64,000 nt of DNA from a virus, in the IMG/VR virus record IMGVR_UViG_3300026183_000827; one strand, given 5' to 3'. Shown here one piece after another: positions 27,151-37,135 of this stretch. Made by a program: the position numbers and the translations under genes. Every line of letters begins with the position of its first letter. The stretch's first letter is position 1. The notes under the pieces were generated by a model. The model saw nothing but the letters and a program-made list of their open reading frames with translations, was not told the DNA's origin and searched no databases.

Positions 27151-27808
27151 TAAACTGCTCCTTTAGCCAATCAAAATTATTTATTAACTTAAGATCATCG
27201 CGATTAGAAAGGCCAAACTCACGGCCAGCCCTAGCACCGGCAAGAGCATAGGAACCATAAGGTCTGTCTTCTCCGACTGTACACCACGTTTCAAGTCTTT
27301 GTTCTGTTTCATCATTTTTCTGCCTATCAATTATTTTGCTGCTAAGTTTAGCACATTCTCTAAATGCACTTTTCCAAGTATTAAATGGGTCAGTATTAAA
27401 TGCTGTTACGTTTGCAACTTCGTGAACTGCTTTAAATTTTGAACTAATACTAGTAGTCATATCAGGCTTACTAGTATCCATATTAATAGTCAGTCTACGA
27501 GGAAGTAATTTTATTCCACCATATCCGTATACTAAATCATTAATAGGATTTTGACTGCGCCAAACATGTACGGTTTCTAAATTGTATTCATCAACTTCAT
27601 AATCAAAATTAAAATCATCAACTATTAATGCATCAGCATCAACTACCCAAAACATTTTAGTAAAACATTTTTTAGCTGCGGCAATATGTGCTTGATGTAT
27701 TCCTTTAACACCATCTACACGTTTTGCCATTGGAAATCTACTTTTTAATTTTTCAAAGTTTTCGTCTGCATTTGGTTCTTGATATGAAATAAAAACAATA
27801 TCATACAT
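27134..27808 (-). CDS. GT-A-like glycosyltransferase, paralogue of 36218-37135
   Basis: DIVFISYQEPNA, WVVDAD (DxD), YGGIK, W.SAFRE. Confidence 0.6.
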   Translation of the reverse strand: MYDIVFISYQEPNADENFEKLKSRFPMAKRVDGVKGIHQAHIAAAKKCFTKMFWVVDADALIVDDFNFDYEVDEYNLETVHVWRSQNPINDLVYGYGGIKLLPRRLTINMDTSKPDMTTSISSKFKAVHEVANVTAFNTDPFNTWKSAFRECAKLSSKIIDRQKNDETEQRLETWCTVGEDRPYGSYALAGARAGREFGLSNRDDLKLINNFDWLKEQFNEQYS

Positions 27809-29030
27809 TTCTTGTATTGCCGTAATAGATAACTTTACTTACATTAGATACAAAACTGCGCCAAGGATCTACAACTATACTGCCTGCAGGCACAACACAA
27901 TAAAGTGTGTCAGTGTCATCGCCTTCCATTTTCATATACTTGTAAGTTGTACTAGCACTATGAGCTAATAACATTACACAAGGCCCGTTTGGTTCGTTAT
28001 TGTCTCCAGTTAATGGATCAATATACGTAGGAGCAAATCCATGTTTTTCACAGTAGTGCCCGACTAGTAGACTATAACTACCGTCACAGTATTCTACGCC
28101 AGGCTTATACGCTTTGCCATGAATGTAAATAGGCAAGTTATGTTCGTTTGCTTGTTCTACTAGTTTGAGTGCAAGGTTTTCTGCCTGTATCTCTCTAGCA
28201 TGCATTATACTGTCAAACAAGTCGTAACCTAGTCCTAGTTCTTGTGCCATATAGCGTAGTGCAATGTTATCACGTGGATGACATGCGCCGCCATCGCCCA
28301 TTCCTGCTTTCATATACTGCGGGCCCATAATACGCATAGTACTTTGCGCTAGTGCATCTGTTACAACATCAACATTAATGTTGCCTTGACGTTCTGCAAC
28401 ATCTTGTATCATATTCACTAGTCCAATTTTAGCACTAATAAATGTATTGTAGAATACTTTAATGCATTCACACTCGTCCCATGTACCAATTACATAACGT
28501 GGATCGTTTTCCATTACAGTTTTATAAAAGTCTACAAGTTGTTTTGCATCGCCGGTTTCGCTTCCATCTTCTGTGCCAATCATTACCATTTCTGGATTTA
28601 CCATATCCCATGCTACACTGCCCATAGCAATTAAATAAGGATTGTATACAAAACGTGTGTTAGTAACTAGCTGTACAAACTCTCTGCGTGTTGTACCAGG
28701 TAACACTGTACTAATAAGAACAAGCAACTGATCTTTGTTCATATGCTTGTTTGCTTCTTCTATAACATGTTGAACAATGCCATACCCAAAGTCTTTAGGT
28801 TCTAAATGTGCTGTAGGAGCTCTGCCGTCGTAATCTGGATCGTGAGGTGTAGGTACAGCAATAAAAACAATATCTCGATCTTTTACAACATCTTCGATTG
28901 TGTCAACTACTGTTACAAAGTTACTTGTTCTAGGTGCAATATCGTATCCAGATACATTATGGCCTTTTTGTACAATAGCTTCTGCACATGGCATGCCAAG
29001 TTTACCTACACCGATAAAACCGATATTCAT
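27801..29030 (-). CDS. ugd: UDP-glucose/GDP-mannose 6-dehydrogenase family
   Basis: GVGKLG Rossmann loop, IAVPTP, STVLPGT, KVFYN, GGACHPRD (catalytic Cys), AYKP. Confidence 0.88.
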   Translation of the reverse strand: MNIGFIGVGKLGMPCAEAIVQKGHNVSGYDIAPRTSNFVTVVDTIEDVVKDRDIVFIAVPTPHDPDYDGRAPTAHLEPKDFGYGIVQHVIEEANKHMNKDQLLVLISTVLPGTTRREFVQLVTNTRFVYNPYLIAMGSVAWDMVNPEMVMIGTEDGSETGDAKQLVDFYKTVMENDPRYVIGTWDECECIKVFYNTFISAKIGLVNMIQDVAERQGNINVDVVTDALAQSTMRIMGPQYMKAGMGDGGACHPRDNIALRYMAQELGLGYDLFDSIMHAREIQAENLALKLVEQANEHNLPIYIHGKAYKPGVEYCDGSYSLLVGHYCEKHGFAPTYIDPLTGDNNEPNGPCVMLLAHSASTTYKYMKMEGDDTDTLYCVVPAGSIVVDPWRSFVSNVSKVIYYGNTRNV

Positions 29031-29041
29031 TTTTTACTCCT

Positions 29042-29063
29042 ATAATATACGTATATTATTTAT
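29042..29063 (-). promoter_or_regulatory. ATAAATA motif overlapping an 18-bp perfect palindrome
   Basis: ATAAATA (-) 29057-29063; ATAATATACGTATATTAT 29042-29059; AGGAG SD follows. Confidence 0.55.
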
Positions 29064-29652
29064 TGCTAAACACAGGCATTGTAGACAGATCAGGATAATC
29101 TTTGTATGACCATTTTTTAGGTTTTGATACTATTGCGTTTTTAATTCTATCTATGCCTAGTTGAGCAGTTTCAGGCGTCATATAATAGTGATAACCCATT
29201 TGGTGTACTTGTTGTTCTGCCCAAGGTGTATTTCTGTGTCTACCGTCATAGCTCATTTTTATTAGTTCTGCACGATCTAACGCACTGTCACATAAAATTA
29301 TTCCGCCTCTACCTAGACCCAGATGTTTTTTAAATTGAAAACTTAAACACATAAAAGTGCCTGATATGTAACTTTTCTCTCTCCATAAAACTGCTGCATC
29401 AATTATACGAGTGTTTGGAAATTGATAGTATTCATACCATTCTTCGCCTATAAAATGCCAACCAATATTTAATTTTTCTAGTGTCATTGGAACACTTAGA
29501 TATGTGTTCTTTGGACAAGCTGTATGTTTTATATTCTTATAACGCAAACATAATTCAATAGCATGTGTACAACTATCTGTTGCTACAGCATAAGGTGCGC
29601 CAAAAAAGTTTGCTACTTCATGTTCAAATTGTTCTACAACATCAAAACTCAT
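29056..29652 (-). CDS. DegT/DnrJ/EryC1/StrS sugar aminotransferase (short form)
   Basis: FE...A.FFG..YAVA.DSCTHA, IDAA, LSFQFKKHL..GRGG; only 198 aa. Confidence 0.8.
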   Translation of the reverse strand: MSFDVVEQFEHEVANFFGAPYAVATDSCTHAIELCLRYKNIKHTACPKNTYLSVPMTLEKLNIGWHFIGEEWYEYYQFPNTRIIDAAVLWREKSYISGTFMCLSFQFKKHLGLGRGGIILCDSALDRAELIKMSYDGRHRNTPWAEQQVHQMGYHYYMTPETAQLGIDRIKNAIVSKPKKWSYKDYPDLSTMPVFSNK

Positions 29653-30254
29653 TACATTGCCTTTAACAATCTAGCAGGGGATCCTACATATATCCCTGCG
29701 GTGTCAACACTTTTAGTTAGGTTAGAAAATGCTCCAACTGTAACATTGTCACATATGTCTATTTTGTTTATTGCACCACTTTTAAAATTAAACATACAAT
29801 TCTTGCCTATGTTTGTTTTGCCAGCAATCATAGATCCACTATGGAACATACAATTATCTCCTACAGTAACATCATGACTAATCAGGCAATATGTTTCAAT
29901 AAAGCAGTGTTTGCCTACTACAGCACCTTGCATAACTGTACTAAAGTTAGCAACACACGAACCTTTACCAATTACAGCACCTTCGTGTATAACAGCAGTA
30001 TCATGAATATACGTTACACAATCACAGTCATGCTCGTCTAACAAATCTACTGTTTGCGCACGTTCTTGCAAGTCTAATGCAAATCCTATAAAATACTGAA
30101 AATCATCTTTGTTTTGCAATTGCTTAAATTTTTGCGGACTTATAATGCTGCAATCTTCGTTAACAAAGTTCTTGCCGTAAAACATACTGTCTTGTGTTAG
30201 TATGCTTTGTTCGTATCCAATAATTTTAAGCGGCTTTTCATTTTTAATCAGCAT
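29652..30254 (-). CDS. Hexapeptide-repeat sugar acetyltransferase (NeuD/PglD-like)
   Basis: Left-handed beta-helix repeats, ISHD catalytic His, C-terminal YVGSPAR. Confidence 0.85.
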   Translation of the reverse strand: MLIKNEKPLKIIGYEQSILTQDSMFYGKNFVNEDCSIISPQKFKQLQNKDDFQYFIGFALDLQERAQTVDLLDEHDCDCVTYIHDTAVIHEGAVIGKGSCVANFSTVMQGAVVGKHCFIETYCLISHDVTVGDNCMFHSGSMIAGKTNIGKNCMFNFKSGAINKIDICDNVTVGAFSNLTKSVDTAGIYVGSPARLLKAM

Positions 30255-31500
30255 AGCGTATTCTCTTGTATATTTTGTTTTTAGTAATAGGTGCTTCTAG
30301 TAGACGTTCCTGCAATTCTTCTATCCATGTTTTATTATGAATTAAAACATATGCCATGTCTGCATACATGTCTTTTAATTCATCTATAGTTTTTGAATTA
30401 ATCCAGTCAATTAGTTCAAATACCTTTTTCATACGTTTACTATGATCCTGTTCTGTATCATAACTTTCGTCAAACCAATCGCTAAATGTCATGAATCCCC
30501 AAGCTCTCATGTATTCTAAATTACCTGGAGGTCCTAGCATTATTAAAGGCTTATAGTTAAGCATAGCATTCATTATCTTTTCTGTCAAGAGTCCTGTTGG
30601 TTCTGCGTAACGTGTTTCATTAACAATAGCACAAAAACATTCTGCATACGAATCTTTAGGATTTGTGTCTATATGAATATCTATGTAATCATCTATGTTT
30701 AATTTTTCTTTTACAGGAATGTCCATACTCAAGGGTGCAAGTTCAGCTAGTTTGTTTGCTCCATTGCGTAATACATCAACACACGGTAAGTTTTCTGAGT
30801 AAGCATTATCTAGCAACACCTTTTCGTCACTGTTGTATAACCAACTAAGATTATAACTGTCTGTGGTTTCTACTAGGTAGCTTGCTACACAATGCCTATG
30901 ACTAGCATAACGCCAATTGCCGCACCAAAACTTTTTAGTAATTAAATTACCATCGTGTACGCCTTCTTGTTCACCAACATTTATTGTAGCAGGATAAATC
31001 CATCCTACAGGCGTACAGTCGATTTCAAGTTCTGGATAATGTGTTTGAAAATATTTTTTGCTGTTGTAACTAGGACTGTATACTTCTACTTTTGTTAGCC
31101 CATTGTTTTGTACATACTGCTGAATACTGTCTAGCTCTCTAGCTCTAATGTACTCTGCGTCTGTAGCAATCCAACTAGTGTAGATGCCATCCTTGTCTAC
31201 TCTTGTGTCGTATGTTGACAACGGTTCCCAGAGATAAAACTTTAATCCTTTTTTATTGCATATTTCTCTGTTTTTATCAGATATTACAGCATTGCTAGAT
31301 TCTAACCATTTGATTCTGTCAACACTGAAATATACAGCATAAGGATTTCCTACATTTTTAAAATATGTTTGTTGTAAATCTTTCCAAACTTCTGCCCAAC
31401 CTTGTTGTAGTTGAGTTTTTAGATTTGGAAACCAGATATTTCCAAGAGATATATTACTATAAAGACCTATATCATTAGGACTAGTTAATCTTTGTTCCAT
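30244..31500 (-). CDS. Putative GT-B-like glycosyltransferase/sugar-modifying protein, paralogue of 33546-34811
   Basis: HR, IVNET, TEKI, P.I.LG, GF.TF...DESYD C-terminal block; function inferred. Confidence 0.5.
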   Translation of the reverse strand: MEQRLTSPNDIGLYSNISLGNIWFPNLKTQLQQGWAEVWKDLQQTYFKNVGNPYAVYFSVDRIKWLESSNAVISDKNREICNKKGLKFYLWEPLSTYDTRVDKDGIYTSWIATDAEYIRARELDSIQQYVQNNGLTKVEVYSPSYNSKKYFQTHYPELEIDCTPVGWIYPATINVGEQEGVHDGNLITKKFWCGNWRYASHRHCVASYLVETTDSYNLSWLYNSDEKVLLDNAYSENLPCVDVLRNGANKLAELAPLSMDIPVKEKLNIDDYIDIHIDTNPKDSYAECFCAIVNETRYAEPTGLLTEKIMNAMLNYKPLIMLGPPGNLEYMRAWGFMTFSDWFDESYDTEQDHSKRMKKVFELIDWINSKTIDELKDMYADMAYVLIHNKTWIEELQERLLEAPITKNKIYKRIRYAD

Positions 31501-32930
31501 TTTTCTTTTAATCCATTAAATTCAGGAAATGTTTTTTCAAAACTTATGCTACGGCGTTTGTCGTATTCTGTAAAGAACCTAACAAAATTTTGTTGTGCTT
31601 CTGTACGTTCTTGCTCTGTAGCAAATCCTTCCTTCATAAATTCAATTGAACGTTCAAATCTAGCAATTTGATGTGGTTTAAATCCTGACCATCGTGTTTC
31701 TCGTTGTCCATCAGGATGAGCTTTCATAAACTCTAATGCTTCTTCTGCATAATGCCAATGTTCTTGTGGAGCAAGTTTTAGACTTTGCCATGCAGGATGA
31801 TGTAGTGCAGGTGTATCTACAAATACACGATGATTACCATAGTATGTTAGTTTGCCTGTAGTTTCATCTCTGCGTACTTTACGCACATTATGGGCCTTTT
31901 GTAGCGCATATATGCCCTCTAGCAAGCGTTTAATGCTAGGCAAGCTCAACATATTAAACGTAACAATAAACGTTACTAAACCGTTGTGTGTCTTTGCTAG
32001 ATAGTTGTTTACGTTGTTCCATAAACGATCAAAGTCTAAACCATCACGCATATATTCTGCTTGCGTTCCCCAGCCGTCTACACTTACATACAATCTAAAT
32101 GAATTTAGTTTATTGTATTCTGTAATGAAACTCACTGTATCTACAAAACGGTTCCAATTTTTCTCAGGGACACTTGCATTTGAAGTAATACTCATATCTA
32201 AATCAGGACGACCATTATCTACTACATAGTCTAGTACACGGAAAGTGTTCTTGTCAAGTAGTGGTTCGCCGCCTGTCATACGGAAATGTTTTAGTTTAGG
32301 ATATAGGTCTGGCCACCATTTCCAAAATGCTTCTACATACGGATTGTGTTCTCTAACAGGTATTGGGTATTGTCCTGTTTGTTTAAAGTAATCTATACTG
32401 TTGTGTGGTACTAGCGTAGGATACGGACCATTTTGCTCAATATCTTCTGCCCACTTAGAACTTAGATGAGGTGAACAATATGAACACGCTAAATTACAAG
32501 CATGATTAAAGTTTACTTCTAAATAACGTGGCTCAATATCTCCATCTGCACCTTTTGCAAGTACATCATCCCAACCGTCTTGCGCCCAAGGCTCTGATGA
32601 ACGATAAAATCTGTCACTAAGATGATCACCTTTCATTGCTTCAACTCGCCAACAAGTTGAACAACCTTCTGGCTTATCGCCGCATAACATTGCAGCACGT
32701 TCTTTTTTCTTTTGTGCTGTATTGTGTAGTGCTTTAAAATTTTCTTCAACTTCATCTGCATCTATTTTATGCAAAGGCGGCAAGAAACAACTATTAGTTA
32801 GACCTGTTGTTAAATGAATACTTGACCATAACCATTTAGCCATACACATACTAGGCGATATCTCATTAAGTAAAGGTATCACTTCTAATGCGGCTGCTTG
32901 TGGATCTGTTTCAGTTACTCTTTTAACCAT
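31485..32930 (-). CDS. N-terminal twitch-domain radical SAM protein, paralogue of 34804-36207
   Basis: SMCMAKW...SC...CSTCW, CNLACSYC, TGGEPL. Confidence 0.88.
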   Translation of the reverse strand: MVKRVTETDPQAAALEVIPLLNEISPSMCMAKWLWSSIHLTTGLTNSCFLPPLHKIDADEVEENFKALHNTAQKKKERAAMLCGDKPEGCSTCWRVEAMKGDHLSDRFYRSSEPWAQDGWDDVLAKGADGDIEPRYLEVNFNHACNLACSYCSPHLSSKWAEDIEQNGPYPTLVPHNSIDYFKQTGQYPIPVREHNPYVEAFWKWWPDLYPKLKHFRMTGGEPLLDKNTFRVLDYVVDNGRPDLDMSITSNASVPEKNWNRFVDTVSFITEYNKLNSFRLYVSVDGWGTQAEYMRDGLDFDRLWNNVNNYLAKTHNGLVTFIVTFNMLSLPSIKRLLEGIYALQKAHNVRKVRRDETTGKLTYYGNHRVFVDTPALHHPAWQSLKLAPQEHWHYAEEALEFMKAHPDGQRETRWSGFKPHQIARFERSIEFMKEGFATEQERTEAQQNFVRFFTEYDKRRSISFEKTFPEFNGLKEKWNKD

Positions 32931-33553
32931 GGACAGTTCTCTAACAGATAATTTGCAAATAATTGGTGTGTTTTTGGACCTGGATGATTTTTATCTTGTG
33001 CATAATCAATACTATGATCGGCTAAACAAGTATTCAAATAATTTTCTTTGTTTATAATGTTTTTTTCGATATCTATGCCGCCTGGAGGTGCAGTGTGTAA
33101 AACTTTAGTTATATTGTTATGTTTGAGTAAAAAGTCTGCATAATTTATGTACCAGCTAGTGGTTTTTTCATTGTTGTATGAACTATAAAACATTTTATAA
33201 TACGTAGTTGATACATAGTCTTTTTTCCAAGGCCCAAGATCTATAGATTTCATATAATTTTTTCTAAATTCATTGCCTAATATACAATCTCGTTCCATAA
33301 AACTCCATTGTAATATAACTGTGTCATCAGGTTTTATTAAATCTAAATATGTTTCTAATGCACTTAAAATCCATTTATTACTTTTTCCAGGACGGGCACA
33401 ATTTTTTACTTCTTTTATATTTAAATAATCAGCAAGCAAATTAACATATACTAATTTACTAGGTTCAGGACCTGCATTGTGCTTTCCTACTATACAATCT
33501 GCAAGTCCATGACCATATGTATAACTACACCCAAACGCAAATAATCTAGCCAT
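32915..33553 (-). CDS. SGNH/GDSL hydrolase-like protein (esterase or acyltransferase)
   Basis: FAFGCSYTYG block I, N.A.PG.SN, D..HP block V. Start set at 33553 (GGAGG SD). Confidence 0.7.
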   Translation of the reverse strand: MARLFAFGCSYTYGHGLADCIVGKHNAGPEPSKLVYVNLLADYLNIKEVKNCARPGKSNKWILSALETYLDLIKPDDTVILQWSFMERDCILGNEFRKNYMKSIDLGPWKKDYVSTTYYKMFYSSYNNEKTTSWYINYADFLLKHNNITKVLHTAPPGGIDIEKNIINKENYLNTCLADHSIDYAQDKNHPGPKTHQLFANYLLENCPWLKE

Positions 33554-34811
33554 ATAGTGCCTCCAACAGATCTTTCCTAAGATCAGCATGCATATTATTT
33601 TGTCTGTACATCCAATGATAAAAATTATGTGTCAAAATTTCATGACAGTCACTGTATAACTTTTTCAATTCAGCATGATCCATAGAAACAATCCTGCTTA
33701 TTTCTTTAAATGCAGTTTGTAACCGTTCTGTATTATCAAAAATGTTATCATAACTTTCATCTATTATCCCATCAAAGGTTTTATATCCCAAACTTCTAAA
33801 ATTTTTTAAATCATTATGAGCACCAATTAAAATAAAAGGTTGCCAATAAATTATAGGTTTAAATATTTTTTCACTAAAAAAACTTTGTCCATTGTGAGAA
33901 TATGTTTCAGTAACAATATGTAACCAACTATTATAAAATTTGTCAGGTTTAGTATCTACAGTAGGATTATCATCTGCTGCATTTATTCCATCTTGATATA
34001 CTAAAGGTAATTTATCTAAAAAATCCACATTAAAATTTTTCCATATACCTGGATATAACTCTTCACAATTCTTTAAAGATGTTTCGTAATAAACAGTATT
34101 GCCGTTATCAGTTTCTTTACAGCAAGTTAATATACCATCATTATAATAGTTATTTGTATATAAAAATTCTGACAATAATAATCTATGAGCGTGAGGACGC
34201 CTATTTAAACAAATAAATTTATGTTTTCTATTACGTTCGTACGGTTGTAATACTCGATACATAGATGCATAATCAAAAAGTGCTCTATCATTGCGCATAT
34301 GTTGTTCCCACCAATTATAATAAACTGATTTGGTATTAAAGTCAGGTGTTAATATATTTCCACTACAAATAACAAAATTTTGATAATTTAAATTATACTT
34401 TTCGATAAAGATATCAATTATATTTTTAAAATGTGTATTGAAACTCCAACCCTCCATTACATTAAGAATTAAAATTTTACATGTTCCTTTTCTAATTCTT
34501 TTTAAATGCTCAGGTTCGATATATGCAATTTCTTTCCAAGTTTTTGCTAAATTTGGATGAGGCTGAAATGGCACAGGATAATAATATTTTTTATTTTTAA
34601 CTTGCTTTAAACTAGTTACTGGTTGATAAACATTTGTTGCAGGAAATCGTGTTGCTCCTAATGAAATATAAGGATCAACATGTGCATGAAATCCTTCAAG
34701 GTGTTCTTTTTTAAGTCCACTATGAAACCAATATAATGGTTCATTAAAATCAGTTCTCTTCCATTTAGCTTCTGTTAAATCTTGTCTCGCCCAAATTAAA
34801 ACTTTATCCAT
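33546..34811 (-). CDS. Putative GT-B-like glycosyltransferase/sugar-modifying protein, paralogue of 30244-31500
   Basis: KFICLNRRPHAHR, IVTET, SEKIFKPI, PFILIG, GYKTF..IIDESYD. Confidence 0.5.
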   Translation of the reverse strand: MDKVLIWARQDLTEAKWKRTDFNEPLYWFHSGLKKEHLEGFHAHVDPYISLGATRFPATNVYQPVTSLKQVKNKKYYYPVPFQPHPNLAKTWKEIAYIEPEHLKRIRKGTCKILILNVMEGWSFNTHFKNIIDIFIEKYNLNYQNFVICSGNILTPDFNTKSVYYNWWEQHMRNDRALFDYASMYRVLQPYERNRKHKFICLNRRPHAHRLLLSEFLYTNNYYNDGILTCCKETDNGNTVYYETSLKNCEELYPGIWKNFNVDFLDKLPLVYQDGINAADDNPTVDTKPDKFYNSWLHIVTETYSHNGQSFFSEKIFKPIIYWQPFILIGAHNDLKNFRSLGYKTFDGIIDESYDNIFDNTERLQTAFKEISRIVSMDHAELKKLYSDCHEILTHNFYHWMYRQNNMHADLRKDLLEALYG

Positions 34812-36207
34812 CTGCTAAATCCTTGCACCGGTAATAAAATTTTGTAAAAGTAGGAAATGTACTTAAAAAATCTTTTTGTCTTCTAAAATCATACGCACTA
34901 AAAAATTTATAAAATTGTTTCATTTCTCTTGACTTGTCTCTATCTAAATTAGATTTAACAAAATCAATTGCTCGTCGCATTTTTTCAATTTCTGTATCTT
35001 GGAAGCCGTGATGTCCAACTAATTGTTCCTTATTAGATAACATAAATGTTAAGTCTTCTTCCATAATACGCAATTCATTTTCGCCTGCAAGTGCAACTGT
35101 TTGCCAATCAGGATAAGTTAGATAACTAATATCTAACCAAAGTTTTTTCCAAGTATTAGAACCATTTGCCTTTCTCCATTCTAGAAGCCATTCTAATAAT
35201 TTTCTAAAATTTGGAATACTTAATAGATTGTAGGTTGCCATAATGATTGTTTTAGCTTTCCAATCTAACATAGGTATTTCTGTTGTAACTCTATTTAGAT
35301 TAACTAAAAATCTATCAAACTCCATTCCGTCACGTATGTATTCTGCTTGTTCACCAAAACTTTCAGCACTTGTATATAAATCAAAATTTTTAATTTTATT
35401 ATTAAGTATTAGATCATTTGCAATTTCTATAAGTCTGTCTATAAACACATCTTGTACTCCAAGATTGGTATTAATGCCTAGTACAAGATTAGGATTTGGA
35501 TTTTCTTGTATATATTCTAATATACGCCAAGTATGTTTACTTAACAACGGTTCGCCGCCTGTGATACGAAATACTTTTAAGTTTGTATAAAGCTCAGGCC
35601 AAATTTTCCAAAATGCATCAATGTAAGGATTTTCTTCCCTTGCAAGTATAGGTATAAGATTTTTAGATTTCATGTAATCTAAATTGTGTACTTCGTAGTC
35701 TCCTATATCGTAACCTCCGCACTGTTTAACGTCCTCCATCCATTTGCTAGAAATTTGAGGACTACAATACATGCAAGCAAAATTACAAGTATTATTAAAA
35801 CTAACTTCTACATATGTAGGTAAAAACTTTTCATCTAAAGGATTAAGTTGTATTTTTTCTAACTGGCCTTCATTCCAATCCTCACCGCTTTTGTAATGTC
35901 TATCACTTAGATGTCCTTGATTTAAGTTTTCGATATTCCAGCAGTAATTGCATTCTTCTGGCTGTTCGCCTGCTAACATTTTTTTACGCTGTTCAATTTT
36001 ATAAATTGAATTATGTAATGCATGAGGATTTCTTTTTAGTTCATCTAACGGAATAAAATGTGGAGCAGGATGGTGACAACTGTGCGTATGTCCGTTATGT
36101 AGGTGCATTGTTACTTGTGTCCACTTAGCAAGACACATTGAACAACTTATATTATTAAGATTTTCTCTTGCACGTTCTGCATTAGAGTTATACGAGCTTT
36201 TTGACAA
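34804..36207 (-). CDS. N-terminal twitch-domain radical SAM protein
   Basis: SMCLAKW...SCHH...CNYCW, CNFACMYC, TGGEPL. Confidence 0.88.
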   Translation of the reverse strand: MSKSSYNSNAERARENLNNISCSMCLAKWTQVTMHLHNGHTHSCHHPAPHFIPLDELKRNPHALHNSIYKIEQRKKMLAGEQPEECNYCWNIENLNQGHLSDRHYKSGEDWNEGQLEKIQLNPLDEKFLPTYVEVSFNNTCNFACMYCSPQISSKWMEDVKQCGGYDIGDYEVHNLDYMKSKNLIPILAREENPYIDAFWKIWPELYTNLKVFRITGGEPLLSKHTWRILEYIQENPNPNLVLGINTNLGVQDVFIDRLIEIANDLILNNKIKNFDLYTSAESFGEQAEYIRDGMEFDRFLVNLNRVTTEIPMLDWKAKTIIMATYNLLSIPNFRKLLEWLLEWRKANGSNTWKKLWLDISYLTYPDWQTVALAGENELRIMEEDLTFMLSNKEQLVGHHGFQDTEIEKMRRAIDFVKSNLDRDKSREMKQFYKFFSAYDFRRQKDFLSTFPTFTKFYYRCKDLADG

Positions 36208-36217
36208 GAGTGCTCCT

Positions 36218-37135
36218 TTATTCTATATCAATAATTTGGTCTAATCTATTTGGATTAGTGTACACCGCTTTAAAAAATTTACTTTGAGATCCATTTAATG
36301 GCATAGTAGATATAGGAATTTCTAATTTTTCAATAAGTATATCTCCTAAGAGTTCTATTTCATTTTCTAAATTTTCTTCTGTCACAGTTTCTATTAACTC
36401 ATCCCAGTGTTCGTTTAAATAATCAAAATCACGAACATTTACATAATCCCAATCTGTACACATAGTTCGCCATAAGCCTTCACGGGCACCGTATATAGCC
36501 CATAGACCATTTTCTGCATCGGCACCTACCATCAACCAAATGTAAAGACGATGTAAATTTTTCCAATGATTTTTATGAAACTCTTCTACAGTTACTTTTA
36601 CACCACGATCAAGAGCCATCTTAACGCCTTCTCTAAATCCTGCTCTCCATGCTTGATGCGGAGTAGCATTGTTATATACATCTGAAAAACAACTATTTTG
36701 TTGAATGTATCTAACATCCCAGCAAAAATCTACTTGCGCATGTGCATTTTTTGGATCTGCATTTTCATGAGTACGCATGCGTAGTACAAAGTCTTTGGGC
36801 CAGCACTTGATCCCTCCGTTACCGTACATTAATCCATTAACTACATTTTTTCCTGCCCAGCTAATTACACAACTTGTTAAATCTTCGTGTTCATCAAAAT
36901 CAATTTCTTGATTTAAAAAATTTTCGTCTATTATATTATCGCCGTCAATTGTAATAAAACGATCTGTCTCACTAAGTCTAGCACAGGCTTTGTGTGCGGC
37001 ATCTGATCCTTTTACACCATGTACACGTTTTGCCCACGGAACTTTTGAACACAAGTCTGCATAGTTTTTTTCTGCGTTTGGTTCGTCGTATGAAAGGTAT
37101 ATAATATCATAATCTATCGGCTTAAATTTACTCAT
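36218..37135 (-). CDS. GT-A-like glycosyltransferase, paralogue of 27134-27808
   Basis: DIIYLSYDEPNA, TIDGD (DxD), YGNGGIK, WRAGFRE. Confidence 0.6.
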   Translation of the reverse strand: MSKFKPIDYDIIYLSYDEPNAEKNYADLCSKVPWAKRVHGVKGSDAAHKACARLSETDRFITIDGDNIIDENFLNQEIDFDEHEDLTSCVISWAGKNVVNGLMYGNGGIKCWPKDFVLRMRTHENADPKNAHAQVDFCWDVRYIQQNSCFSDVYNNATPHQAWRAGFREGVKMALDRGVKVTVEEFHKNHWKNLHRLYIWLMVGADAENGLWAIYGAREGLWRTMCTDWDYVNVRDFDYLNEHWDELIETVTEENLENEIELLGDILIEKLEIPISTMPLNGSQSKFFKAVYTNPNRLDQIIDIE

